Below are positions 36,287 through 45,634 of a DNA stretch of 63,365 nt, one piece after another. Under the pieces are notes generated by a model. The model saw only the letters and a list, made by a program, of their open reading frames with translations, did not search any database and had not been told where the DNA came from. Both the position numbers and the translations under genes were made by a program. Positions within the stretch are counted from its first letter, which is position 1; the number at the start of each line of letters is the position of its first letter. The stretch comes from an uncultured Pseudomonadales bacterium (lineage in GTDB: Bacteria; Patescibacteriota; Microgenomatia; UBA1400; MFAQ01), in NCBI GenBank assembly GCA_964439805.1, contig CAYTOI010000005.1, positions 1-63,365 of the forward strand, in the 5' to 3' direction.

Positions 36287-37953
36287 TGGCTAGGATTTGT
36301 TTTGAGGATTCTTAATGCTATTTCTTTGTTTGGATATAGAATATCGATAATTTTTGTAATGTTATGTTCCAATATCTGCTGATCTGAGATAGCCCTTGAA
36401 TCTACAATTAAATATTTTTCAACTCTATCTGTGTCGACCCCCCAGACAAAATTTTTGACAGTAACTCTTCCAATTTTTTTGGTTTCATTTCTTGAAATAT
36501 TACTGTAGTAATCAGAACTGGATACCTCAAAGTTTTCATTTTGGTATTTTTCTGGATCGAATTTTGAGAAAAAAAGCAATTCTATATATGGATGTCCCCT
36601 GACACTATCTACCAGTATAGGTATGTTAGGATTTAGCTTGTCTATTTCCTCAACCGCATCTTGCCAACCGTAACTCCAAAACTCTGAACGATAATAGTCG
36701 TGATGATAAAAAATTGAGACATACATTTTGCCTAGTGAGTAAAATACTATTAGAGTTAAAACCAATAACTTTACGTAAGACGAAATTGATACCAAATCCC
36801 ACGACTTTATTATTCCGTAGGAAACAATGATTGTAAACGGAATTACCATTGGAAGGGACCTAAGAGTGGAATACGGGTCTCTAGTTAAGCTCGCAGGTAT
36901 GGGAGAGGCCAAAAGCAGAGTAAGAATTAAGGGCTTTAGTTTTTTTTGATCTGAGCTTTTTAAGAGGAAATAAAGACCGACAAGATAAAACGGAAATTGC
37001 CAAACAAATAAGGACCCTAGGTCTGGAAATGGTTTTCTCGGGCCTGCGTCACCAAGTGAAAAAATGAATCTTGGTGAAAAGTAAGATGAGTAAAGTGACG
37101 AGAATTCTCTGATGGTAAGAATTGTGCGATTGTTTGAAATGCTCGCCAATGGACTGTTGCCATTTACTTTGCCCCATGGAAATTCATGAACGTTAGATAA
37201 AATGCTTAATGCTGATGTTCTAGCCTTAAATCCTGGAGTTTGAATTATTTTTAGAGTTGGAAAAATAATTATGATTCCTATAACAAAACTTAAGATAGCA
37301 GGTAAGAAAAATTGTTTTTTATATTCTAAAAACTTTTTAAAATTTAAGACAATAAACATTGTTAACAATACAGGGACCAAAAATAATTCAGCACGATACG
37401 CCAAGGCAGAAAGGGATAGAGTAACGGCTGACAATAGCAAGAACCAAGCCTTTTTGAGGGAACTATAGAGCAAAAGTAAGCCTAAAAGGAGAAGAAAAAG
37501 GGCGATATTTGCCTCGTATGCAGTTCTGCTATAGAGAATATGCCAAGGAGAAATGGCAAGGAGTGTGGCAGAAAATGGGGCTAGGTATTTATTGTTAGGC
37601 TCGGGGGAAAGGTTTTTGACCAAGAAAAACAAGAGTGGAATTGTTAACATTCCAAAAATAGCAGATGGAAGACGAACAGAAAAAGGTGTTATGCCTAAAA
37701 AGTATACAAATGGAACCGTAATGTATGTATAGACAGGACTTTGAAAAGTGGAAAAAGATCTGAACATAACTGGAAAACTTTTTCCGAATTCATCCTTGCC
37801 TGTTTTGAGTATGGAATAGGCGTTATAACCAATTGAAGCTTCGTCTATATAGAACCCCTTAGGTACTTCTCCAAGCTTGTAAAATCTTATAAAAATTCCA
37901 ACAGCAATAATTGCAATTAAGATGATGCCGGCAATTTTTTTATAATTGATCAT
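36283..37953 (-). CDS. Family-A GT-C membrane glycosyltransferase
   Basis: 556 aa. Motifs: 'IRFYKLGEVPKGFYIDEASIGYNAYSILKTGKDEFG', central 'YFSPRFIFSLGDAGPRK', C-terminal 'WSYGWQDAVEE'. Confidence 0.85.
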   Translation of the reverse strand: MINYKKIAGIILIAIIAVGIFIRFYKLGEVPKGFYIDEASIGYNAYSILKTGKDEFGKSFPVMFRSFSTFQSPVYTYITVPFVYFLGITPFSVRLPSAIFGMLTIPLLFFLVKNLSPEPNNKYLAPFSATLLAISPWHILYSRTAYEANIALFLLLLGLLLLYSSLKKAWFLLLSAVTLSLSALAYRAELFLVPVLLTMFIVLNFKKFLEYKKQFFLPAILSFVIGIIIIFPTLKIIQTPGFKARTSALSILSNVHEFPWGKVNGNSPLASISNNRTILTIREFSSLYSSYFSPRFIFSLGDAGPRKPFPDLGSLFVWQFPFYLVGLYFLLKSSDQKKLKPLILTLLLASPIPASLTRDPYSTLRSLPMVIPFTIIVSYGIIKSWDLVSISSYVKLLVLTLIVFYSLGKMYVSIFYHHDYYRSEFWSYGWQDAVEEIDKLNPNIPILVDSVRGHPYIELLFFSKFDPEKYQNENFEVSSSDYYSNISRNETKKIGRVTVKNFVWGVDTDRVEKYLIVDSRAISDQQILEHNITKIIDILYPNKEIALRILKTNPSQ

Positions 37954-39266
37954 TATCGTCTAATAACTCCTAAAGGACCTGATGTGTATACAAATTTTTC
38001 ATTTGCTTTTGATGTCAAGGAAATACTGAATAGGTGCCCTTCTGGTCCGGAGAAAGGCTCGTGCTTAAAATACTTAAAAATATATTGATACCCTGTATTT
38101 TCGCCTAGAGGAAGATCATAAGAAACATTGAACACTGGAAACTCTTTTTGGTTTACTATGTAACTAACTACATTAAGTTTGTCTCTTAACCGGACAAATG
38201 GTTTATCGTTAAGTACAATAATGAACTGTGAATATACCAACAATCCTATAACCGGAATAATAATCCATATAGTAAGTTTGTCGACAAATAATTTTGCTAA
38301 AAATAACGGTATTAAAGCATTTGCCATACCATAGTAATACTCAGGAATATTACCCTTGTACTGAGAAAGCGCCAACATGGGTAATAGTATCCAAAGTGAA
38401 GTAAGAATTTTTGATTGAAAATCTTTTTGCTTATAGATTGCGTAACAAAAGGCTATAAGAATAATAATTTTTTCCTGCACATAACCACTCAGAACAAGTG
38501 ATCTCCAAAAAGTTTGCATAAAATACCAAGTTGGGTATGTTCTATCTGCAGACTGACCACCTATAAATATTAATAATTTGTTGAGATTTAAAAATTGATG
38601 TCTAAGATCAAAAATCGCTATTGGAGTAAAGAACAGAGCCAAGACAATTAAACCCCAAAGCAATTGCCTGACTGTTGCTTTCTTTTTTGTAAGTAATTGA
38701 GTTAGGGCGACATAGCCCATGATTGGAGCGGTAACCAGATGGAATGAAGCAGCAAAGCCTGCAAAGGCCGACGCATGTATAAAAAGTTTATTTGATTTTA
38801 GTAGCTGATGGCACAAATAATAACCAATTAGACTAAAAGGAGTAATAAACATGGCATTCCAAGAAACAATAGAAACTGAACTGGCCGTAATAATTGCAGC
38901 GAGAATGGCAACCCTTTTATCGTATAATTTCTCACCTATAAAATATGTGAGCAAAGGAACAATTCCACCTATCAAAACCGAAGCAATGGCTCCTGCAGCT
39001 GGGTGACCACCCACGGCAAGAAAAAGAGGTAGTAAAAAATAATAGAAGTAAGGACCTGTAAAAAAACCATTATCGTTTGCAACTCTTGGACCAATTAGCA
39101 CAGGCTTCTTGTCCCAAACCATGCTCATAACATTCATAGCATCATTAGACTGATCCCATTCGAAAGTATACCTATCATTGATTCTGATCGCTTTAATGCA
39201 GATAGAAAAAGCTACTATAAAAGTGAGCAGAATTATTTTTGTCCAATTTGGACGAAGTTTGGCCAT
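37953..39266 (-). CDS. Family-B polytopic GT-C-like membrane protein
   Basis: 437 aa. First loop: 'FEWDQSNDAMNVMSMVWDKKPVLIGPRVANDNGFFTGPYFYYF'. It shares a D(Q/E)xxD ... (I/L)(V/I)GP ... G(P)xxYY pattern with 43282..44826 and 50375..51919. TAATG overlap with the next gene. Confidence 0.6.
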   Translation of the reverse strand: MAKLRPNWTKIILLTFIVAFSICIKAIRINDRYTFEWDQSNDAMNVMSMVWDKKPVLIGPRVANDNGFFTGPYFYYFLLPLFLAVGGHPAAGAIASVLIGGIVPLLTYFIGEKLYDKRVAILAAIITASSVSIVSWNAMFITPFSLIGYYLCHQLLKSNKLFIHASAFAGFAASFHLVTAPIMGYVALTQLLTKKKATVRQLLWGLIVLALFFTPIAIFDLRHQFLNLNKLLIFIGGQSADRTYPTWYFMQTFWRSLVLSGYVQEKIIILIAFCYAIYKQKDFQSKILTSLWILLPMLALSQYKGNIPEYYYGMANALIPLFLAKLFVDKLTIWIIIPVIGLLVYSQFIIVLNDKPFVRLRDKLNVVSYIVNQKEFPVFNVSYDLPLGENTGYQYIFKYFKHEPFSGPEGHLFSISLTSKANEKFVYTSGPLGVIRR

Positions 39267-39273
39267 ATATTAA

Positions 39274-40089
39274 CTATATTATAGTCACCCTGATTAACTC
39301 TGTAAGACTAATTAAGATATAAATTACCATAAAAATATTAGATAAATAGTTATTGTTTGTACTTATCCTTTTGAGACCATAAAAGCAGACAAGTGAAACG
39401 GGAACGAAAAGTAGTGACTCATATTTATCTTGATTGTTTATTAAGGCTAGAGAAAGCATTGAAGAAAGAATAGTGGATAATAACCATTTTCTGTGGATGT
39501 TTTTATTTAAGTAATAAATTCCAAAAATAAATAACATTATTGTTAAGTAGGAAAACTTAATTAAGTTTTGACCTGAACCCAACTCTTGTGGATGAAAGGC
39601 AAAAAAATAATTATTTAAATCCAAAGATTCAAAGATATTTGACTTGAATTTTTCCAATGGAACTGTAAATCGATTTTCATAAACTCTTGCTAGATTCCTG
39701 TTTGGTATTAAGGATATTTTTTTTATTAAGGTGTCCTTTGCAAGTGGGTCTGGAGTAAAAATTGAATAAGCATAGAATGACTTAAATGTAAACAAGAATA
39801 ACAGCGTTAAAATTCCCGCATAAGCAACTAAGGCTTTGATAGGGACCTCTTTGATATAAAAAATAATTAAAATAACCGGGACAAACAAAAAAACAGGATG
39901 GAAGAGAGGCAAAATCAAATAAAGAAAATAATGATACTGAATTTTTTTGGTATACAAAACCCAGTTCAATACTATTACGAGAGTAGAAGTAATAAAAAGT
40001 AACCAAACTTGGCGATTTGCTAAATAAAACGAGATCGGCCAAAAAACAAAAATTAAAAATGCTGATACTCCAAATAATAATTTATTCAT
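39274..40089 (-). CDS. Small polytopic membrane protein, paralogue of 35708..36286
   Basis: 271 aa. The loop 'LARVYENRFTVPLEKFKSNIFESLDLNNYFFAFHPQELGSGQNL' aligns by eye with the 192-aa protein and with the family-A central loop. It is the first gene of the long minus-strand block. Confidence 0.5.
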   Translation of the reverse strand: MNKLLFGVSAFLIFVFWPISFYLANRQVWLLFITSTLVIVLNWVLYTKKIQYHYFLYLILPLFHPVFLFVPVILIIFYIKEVPIKALVAYAGILTLLFLFTFKSFYAYSIFTPDPLAKDTLIKKISLIPNRNLARVYENRFTVPLEKFKSNIFESLDLNNYFFAFHPQELGSGQNLIKFSYLTIMLFIFGIYYLNKNIHRKWLLSTILSSMLSLALINNQDKYESLLFVPVSLVCFYGLKRISTNNNYLSNIFMVIYILISLTELIRVTII

Positions 40090-40133
40090 ACTTAATATCT
40101 TAAATTATATGCCTATTCTTATACTATTTGCAG

Positions 40134-40139
40134 TAGAAT
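40134..40139 (+). promoter_or_regulatory. -10-like hexamer TAGAAT, 6 nt upstream of the GTG at 40146
   Basis: CAGTAGAATTAAGAT-GTG in the 56-nt divergent intergenic region. No SD. Confidence 0.3.
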
Positions 40140-40145
40140 TAAGAT

Positions 40146-41678
40146 GTGAAACGAACTTTGTCTGTTGTTTTAATTTTTTTGGCTTTTGTTTTTTTTAGAT
40201 TGTGGCTGGTAAAAAGCATTGAATTCACTAATATTGAGCATTTGTTGGTTTATAGATCTTGGACATTAGCAAAGTTTGGTACTGATGAGTTCGGTAGGCA
40301 TTTACCTTTTTTGTTTGGTTCTTCTGACGGCATGGAACTACCTGGATTGTCTTATTTGTCCTCTGGAATTACTTATTTTTTTGGATCTAATTTACTGTCT
40401 GAGCAAATTTTGGACTTTGTCTATTTTGTCTTGCCAGGCTTGGTCGCCATATGTTTTGGTTATGGCTATCTGTTCTCTTCTCTTTTGCTAGCAAGTCCAA
40501 TATTTTTTTGGCCGGGAAATTGGGAGGCAAAACTTCTGACCTCTTGCTTGCTTATAATCTGGAAACTATTGACTGAAAACAAAAATATAATCTATCTTAT
40601 TCTTGCTGGCATTGTGTCCATAATGATTTCATTTAGTGCTTGGTTTATTTGTCCATTAATTTTACTAATTGGATATTTTAAAAATAACCTTAATTACAAA
40701 ACCCTCATTGTTATGGCATCGACGATAGTCTTATCCTTAATGATTATAAAATCTGACCGAAACGTTTTAAGCCACATTAAATCCAACTATTTTAACTTTA
40801 ATCAAAATGTAAGCATTTTGAATTCAATTAATAGTTTTCGAGGTCAAGATCTTAAAACTGAAAATAGTGCGATTGGCAGAGTTTTTCACAATAAACTTCA
40901 ATACATTCCCGTATTACTTGGGCAGTCCTTAATGTATATCAGTCCATCCTTTTTGTTTGCCGTGGGTGACAAAAACACCCTATCGAATAGTATGTGGGTG
41001 CCTCCATATTTGAGTATTTACTTTTTCTTACTGATTTTGTCTCTATATTTGAAGAAAGACAAAGAAAATAATTTTTATTATTTTTGGATATTGGCGGTTT
41101 CGGTTTTTATTGGTCTTACCAAATTTCCTCAAACTGAACAACACATATATTTGATAAGCCTCCCTCTTCTATTGATTATTTCAAAAGCTTTATCACAAAC
41201 TAATAAGTATATGGTTTTTATCTTTATTCTGGGATTAGTCAATTTATTCGCACTAGGCATGGTATCTGGAACGGTTAGCTCGACTTACAAAGAAACGTGT
41301 TCTTTGAATTTACTGACAGAAATTGTGAAAGTAACTAAAAATGCGGGAATTAATACAGCCTTTATCACTGATGATGTTTGCAGTGATTTGGGCCCTGGAA
41401 TCGCAATGTTACAAGGCCAACAACCCATTAAAACAAATGATGACCATTTTAATAAAATTATTAGACACTCTGGAAACGTTAAGATTATTTCACCTTCCGG
41501 AATTAGCGAGAGCATGATATCTGAGAATAAGGTATTGATACTTTCAGATAATCTGGCTGAAAAATTTGTGAAAAATTTACCAAAAAAGAAGATTGTAAGT
41601 AAACAACTAATTTTTAAAGGAAGAAATGTAAATAACAACATGTATTTAATAAAACAGGAACCAAGTGAAAATATCTAA
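40146..41678 (+). CDS. Family-A GT-C paralogue with a degenerate first-loop acidic motif
   Basis: 510 aa. 'NIEHLLVYRSWTLAKFGTDEFG' aligns position for position with 'YIDEASIGYNAYSILKTGKDEFG', so the conserved Asp is Ile here. The central 'YISPSFLFAVGDKNT' is retained. Confidence 0.65.
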   Translation: MKRTLSVVLIFLAFVFFRLWLVKSIEFTNIEHLLVYRSWTLAKFGTDEFGRHLPFLFGSSDGMELPGLSYLSSGITYFFGSNLLSEQILDFVYFVLPGLVAICFGYGYLFSSLLLASPIFFWPGNWEAKLLTSCLLIIWKLLTENKNIIYLILAGIVSIMISFSAWFICPLILLIGYFKNNLNYKTLIVMASTIVLSLMIIKSDRNVLSHIKSNYFNFNQNVSILNSINSFRGQDLKTENSAIGRVFHNKLQYIPVLLGQSLMYISPSFLFAVGDKNTLSNSMWVPPYLSIYFFLLILSLYLKKDKENNFYYFWILAVSVFIGLTKFPQTEQHIYLISLPLLLIISKALSQTNKYMVFIFILGLVNLFALGMVSGTVSSTYKETCSLNLLTEIVKVTKNAGINTAFITDDVCSDLGPGIAMLQGQQPIKTNDDHFNKIIRHSGNVKIISPSGISESMISENKVLILSDNLAEKFVKNLPKKKIVSKQLIFKGRNVNNNMYLIKQEPSENI

Positions 41679-43281
41679 ATTTAGCTTTCCATTAATATTC
41701 GTAATTATTTTGGCATCGGTTCTTAGACTCGGATTTTTGTCCAAACATCCAGTAGCGCTAAACGTCGACGAAGTAGCAATAGGATATGATGCTTATTCAA
41801 TTCTAAATACCGGAAAAGATATGCATCAAAAAACTTTTCCTTTGGTATTTGAGTCCCTTGGTGACAACAAGCCCGGGCTTTATATATATAGTGTGGTTTT
41901 GTCTGAAGCTATTTTTGGTTTAAATGAATTTTCTGTTCGCTTACCTGCGGCTCTTGCAGGGATAATTACCATATTTGTTTTGTATTTAACACTAAAACTA
42001 ATTAGTCAAAACAATAACTTGGCTCTATTTTCGGCATTGGTACTTTCTCTTTCACCTTGGCATATAAAACTATCTCGCGGAGCTTTTGAAGCAAATTTAG
42101 CCTTGTGCCTGTTGCTTTTGGGTTTTTATTTGACCATAAAAGCAGTTAAAGAAGGTAGAAAAATGAACTGGGGACTTGTGTTTTTTGCGCTATCCATGCA
42201 CGCTTATCACTCTGAAAAAGTCTTAGCGCCACTACTTATAGTTTCAATGATGTTTGTTTTCAGAGATCAGTTGGTTAACAAAAAACTTTTGGGCTGGTGG
42301 TTATTGACACTGGTGATTATTATTTCACCTTTTTTGATGACTTTGGGTGGAAATAATCAATCTAGACTAAAAGCAAAACTTCTAGACAAAGATCCTGAGA
42401 TGTCAATTTTTCTTTCCAGAGCAACTGACTTTCAGGATTTTGACAAAATAGTGGTAATGGGGAGTACTGTCTTTAAGAGGTATCTAGGATTTTTAGACTT
42501 TGGTTATTTAAATAACAAGGGCTTAGATTTAACTAACTCTAGTAGCTTTGATATAGGCTGGATTTACTGGTTAGAATTTCCTTTGCTGATTATTGGTGTA
42601 TTTGTTCTTTTTAAAAAAGATATTTTTGTTGATAAAAAATATTTTTATTGTTTTCTACTCTGGCTGTTAATTTCGCCTATTCCGGCCAGTATAACCATGG
42701 ATGATTATCATTCCTACCGGCTTTTAACTTTAACCATACCCTTTTCGATAATAATTGCTATAGGAATTAATTACTTTTTTGAAATTGCTAAAAATAAAAA
42801 ACTTATAAATATATTTTTTGTGTTTCTGACTGCAATTTATATTATAAATATTTCTTATTTTTTTGATTATTATTTGTTGCACTACCCAATGGATAAGTCT
42901 GACTGGCTTTTTGACCCATCTAAAGAGGTAGCTATGACAGTTTTGGAAAACATGGATAAATTTGACAAAATTATTGTTGATCCTGTTTTTGGGAAAAATG
43001 GTCCATACATATATGGAGTACCTGACTTGTACATATTATTTTATGGAAAAATTAAACCACAAATATTTTGGACTCAGACCACAGAAAATGGTTTTAAAAA
43101 TATTGAGTTTAGAAATATTGATTGGAACAAAGAAATTCAGACTCCTAACAACTTGGTAATAGGTTCTGCCTGGAGTCTTTCAAAAACTGATTTAAAAAAT
43201 TCGCTTGTAAAAGAAATTAATTATTTTAATGGTGAAACAGCATATTTGGTAGCAGAAACTAATATTTTGAAAAGTCACTAA
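41665..43281 (+). CDS. Family-A GT-C membrane glycosyltransferase
   Basis: 538 aa. 'LRLGFLSKHPVALNVDEVAIGYDAYSILNTGKDMHQ'. The central loop is divergent ('YLGFLDFGYLNNKG'). Confidence 0.8.
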   Translation: MKISKFSFPLIFVIILASVLRLGFLSKHPVALNVDEVAIGYDAYSILNTGKDMHQKTFPLVFESLGDNKPGLYIYSVVLSEAIFGLNEFSVRLPAALAGIITIFVLYLTLKLISQNNNLALFSALVLSLSPWHIKLSRGAFEANLALCLLLLGFYLTIKAVKEGRKMNWGLVFFALSMHAYHSEKVLAPLLIVSMMFVFRDQLVNKKLLGWWLLTLVIIISPFLMTLGGNNQSRLKAKLLDKDPEMSIFLSRATDFQDFDKIVVMGSTVFKRYLGFLDFGYLNNKGLDLTNSSSFDIGWIYWLEFPLLIIGVFVLFKKDIFVDKKYFYCFLLWLLISPIPASITMDDYHSYRLLTLTIPFSIIIAIGINYFFEIAKNKKLINIFFVFLTAIYIINISYFFDYYLLHYPMDKSDWLFDPSKEVAMTVLENMDKFDKIIVDPVFGKNGPYIYGVPDLYILFYGKIKPQIFWTQTTENGFKNIEFRNIDWNKEIQTPNNLVIGSAWSLSKTDLKNSLVKEINYFNGETAYLVAETNILKSH

Positions 43282-44826
43282 GTGAAAAATAACATCCTCC
43301 TTTATATAATTTTTGCACTTGCCTTACTTGTTAGATTTTATGATTTTTCAAAAAGTGTATATTTTGGCTACGATGAGGCTAGAGATGCAATTGTGTCGCA
43401 AGCAATTTACAAGCAAGCAGACTTTAAGATTGTTGGTCCAGCAGCTAACGGTGTAACAGGATTAAATCATGGTGTCTTACATTGGTATCTTATTGGAGTA
43501 ATTTATTTGGTTGGCTTTGGCAACCCCTTCTTTGCTTCAGGCATTTTTAGAATTATAAATGCCATCGCAGTGTTTCCCGTTTTTTGGATATCAAATAAAT
43601 TGTTTAATCGAAGAGTCGCCTATCTTGCATCGCTGTTTTTTGCCGTATCTTTTGAGGCTACTCAATACGCTTTATACTTTGGTAATCCTAGCTTAGCTAT
43701 CTTTTCTTGGATTATTATTTTTATCGGAGCATCACTCATTTATAAGTCTAAGAACAAATTTTGGGGATTGCCTCTCATGGCGATCGGTGTTTCAACCGGA
43801 GTTCAATTTGAGCTATTTTTGGTGACCCTATTCCCACTTAGCTTAATAATCTTGTTTATTTTAAGAAGATATCTAAATAAAATTACATTTAAATCATGGG
43901 CTATAGCAATTATTTTAGGACTTAGCATAGTCTCAACATATATTATTGGTGAGCTAAAAAATAATTTTCGAAGTATAAATATATTGCTAAATTTTGACTC
44001 TTTATCTACCATTGCAAACAATAATCTCAAATGGAGCATTTATGTAAACAGATGGATGTTAATGCTGCATGATAATTTTGCTCCTTTGGATACAAAACTA
44101 CTATACATACTCGCACTTGGAGTTTTATTTTTACTAATTACCAAGTCTTTTCAAAAAAAGGTTGAGTACCAACTGATACTACTCTGGATTCTAGGCGGAT
44201 TAATTTTAACTTTTATAGGATCTTATAATTCATACTACGTAAATGTAGGTATTGGAACTGGTTTGATTATTAGTATTGCAATATTTATAAATAAAGTTTT
44301 TGAGTTGAACAAGTACCTAGCAATATTCTTAGTTATTATTTCTCTTTTTGGCAATCTTTATCGAATTAAAAACCAAAATAAAAATGGATTAATTGAAGAT
44401 ATTAAAACTCAACAATTTATGTCTCTTAAAGACGAAATTGACGTGATTAATAAAATATATTCTTTGGCAAACAATAGACCTTTTACATTAAGAATCACAT
44501 CCATGCCTTATAGAGTTCAAACTGTTTGGGCATATTTATTCAATCAATTTGGACTGCCAGTTTATGGCTATCTGCCTTACCTAGAAACCGGAAATGTATT
44601 AGGATTTGAAGGTTATTTACCACAACCCAAGAGTGGAACTACCTGCTCCAGATTTTTATTAAAAGAACCAAATGGAGGAATTCCAAAAGTATTATTTATT
44701 GAAGATGAAGTTGAAGAAGAATCATTTTCTTCAATAATTGAAACTTACAAAATAGGCCATTTTGTTATCCAAAATAGATTATCGAAAGACAAAAAATGTT
44801 TATCTAATAATTTTCCTAGTCTCTGA
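43282..44826 (+). CDS. Family-B polytopic GT-C-like membrane protein
   Basis: 514 aa. 'FGYDEARDAIVSQAIYKQADFKIVGPAANGVTGLNHGVLHWY'. Starts with GTG directly after the upstream stop. The TGA stop overlaps the convergent gene by 11 nt. Confidence 0.6.
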   Translation: MKNNILLYIIFALALLVRFYDFSKSVYFGYDEARDAIVSQAIYKQADFKIVGPAANGVTGLNHGVLHWYLIGVIYLVGFGNPFFASGIFRIINAIAVFPVFWISNKLFNRRVAYLASLFFAVSFEATQYALYFGNPSLAIFSWIIIFIGASLIYKSKNKFWGLPLMAIGVSTGVQFELFLVTLFPLSLIILFILRRYLNKITFKSWAIAIILGLSIVSTYIIGELKNNFRSINILLNFDSLSTIANNNLKWSIYVNRWMLMLHDNFAPLDTKLLYILALGVLFLLITKSFQKKVEYQLILLWILGGLILTFIGSYNSYYVNVGIGTGLIISIAIFINKVFELNKYLAIFLVIISLFGNLYRIKNQNKNGLIEDIKTQQFMSLKDEIDVINKIYSLANNRPFTLRITSMPYRVQTVWAYLFNQFGLPVYGYLPYLETGNVLGFEGYLPQPKSGTTCSRFLLKEPNGGIPKVLFIEDEVEEESFSSIIETYKIGHFVIQNRLSKDKKCLSNNFPSL

Positions 44827-45634
44827 ACTTTTTACCTCTGAGCAATACTTGCCATTTATGGCCTATCCAAAGTATGGAGTTTAGAATAGCAAAATAGAAC
44901 GGCCCGTAATAGATCTTTGCAGAGGCAAGTAATGGGCTTTGGGCGTGAACTGTGAAGTTTCCGCTCGCACCATGGGCATGTTGAACCTTGGCTTTTGGGA
45001 AGTAATACACTGGCAAGCCAAACTTGTGCAATCTTCGGCAAAATTCTATATCTTCGTAATAGAGAAAAAATCTTTCATCCAGTCCACCTACGTACTCGAA
45101 GGTAGACTTTGGAACCAGCATGGCTGCCATAACCGCAATATCGACTTGTGCAGTATTGTCACCTGGAATGTATTTTTTGTAGGCGTTTTTGTATCCCAGA
45201 AAGTTTTGCTTTATGGCATTGGTGATATTGGGAAAGTGAAAACAACTAGCCTGGACTTTGCCATCGTAGTTTAGTAGTCTAGGGGCGACAGCGCCTAGAA
45301 CTGTTTTTGTTTCTGCAAAATCGAATAGCGACTTGAGAGCATTTCCCACCACTCTGGTGTCTGGGTTAAAAATGAAGAAATATTTTCCTTGAGCTTTTTT
45401 TGCTCCCCAGTTGATGGCTTTGGAAAAACCGACATTTTCGGTGTTCCTAAGAACCAATGGCTTAAGGGAATGTTTTTCGGCCAAGTCTGCACATTTATCC
45501 GCAGGATAGTTGTCGACAATAATGACTTCCTTTTTTAATCCATCTTTACTTTTTTTGATGGAGTCCAAGAAAGGCAAAATGGTATCTTCAGATCGATATC
45601 CAACAGCAATTATCGAAATATCAATTTTGCTCAT
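44816..45634 (-). CDS. GT2 glycosyltransferase (WbbL-like subgroup)
   Basis: Motifs: 'IDISIIAVGYRSEDTILPFLDSI', 'IIVDNYPADK', 'FNPDT', 'FLYYEDIEFCRRLHKFGL'. The ORF track starts at a TTG (45685) with a 65-nt overlap. I prefer the ATG at about 45634 (MSKIDISII...), computed from the track coordinates. Confidence 0.8.
   Translation of the reverse strand: MSKIDISIIAVGYRSEDTILPFLDSIKKSKDGLKKEVIIVDNYPADKCADLAEKHSLKPLVLRNTENVGFSKAINWGAKKAQGKYFFIFNPDTRVVGNALKSLFDFAETKTVLGAVAPRLLNYDGKVQASCFHFPNITNAIKQNFLGYKNAYKKYIPGDNTAQVDIAVMAAMLVPKSTFEYVGGLDERFFLYYEDIEFCRRLHKFGLPVYYFPKAKVQHAHGASGNFTVHAQSPLLASAKIYYGPFYFAILNSILWIGHKWQVLLRGKKFRD

Noticed and set aside
27405-43281. Diversity-generating retroelement or cassette-switching mechanism acting on the variable C-terminal domains of family A.
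   Set aside because: There is no reverse transcriptase and no template/variable repeat pair. Apart from one 33-nt tract, there are no near-identical DNA segments, and no invertase or inverted-repeat boundaries. The divergence looks like ordinary paralogue evolution.
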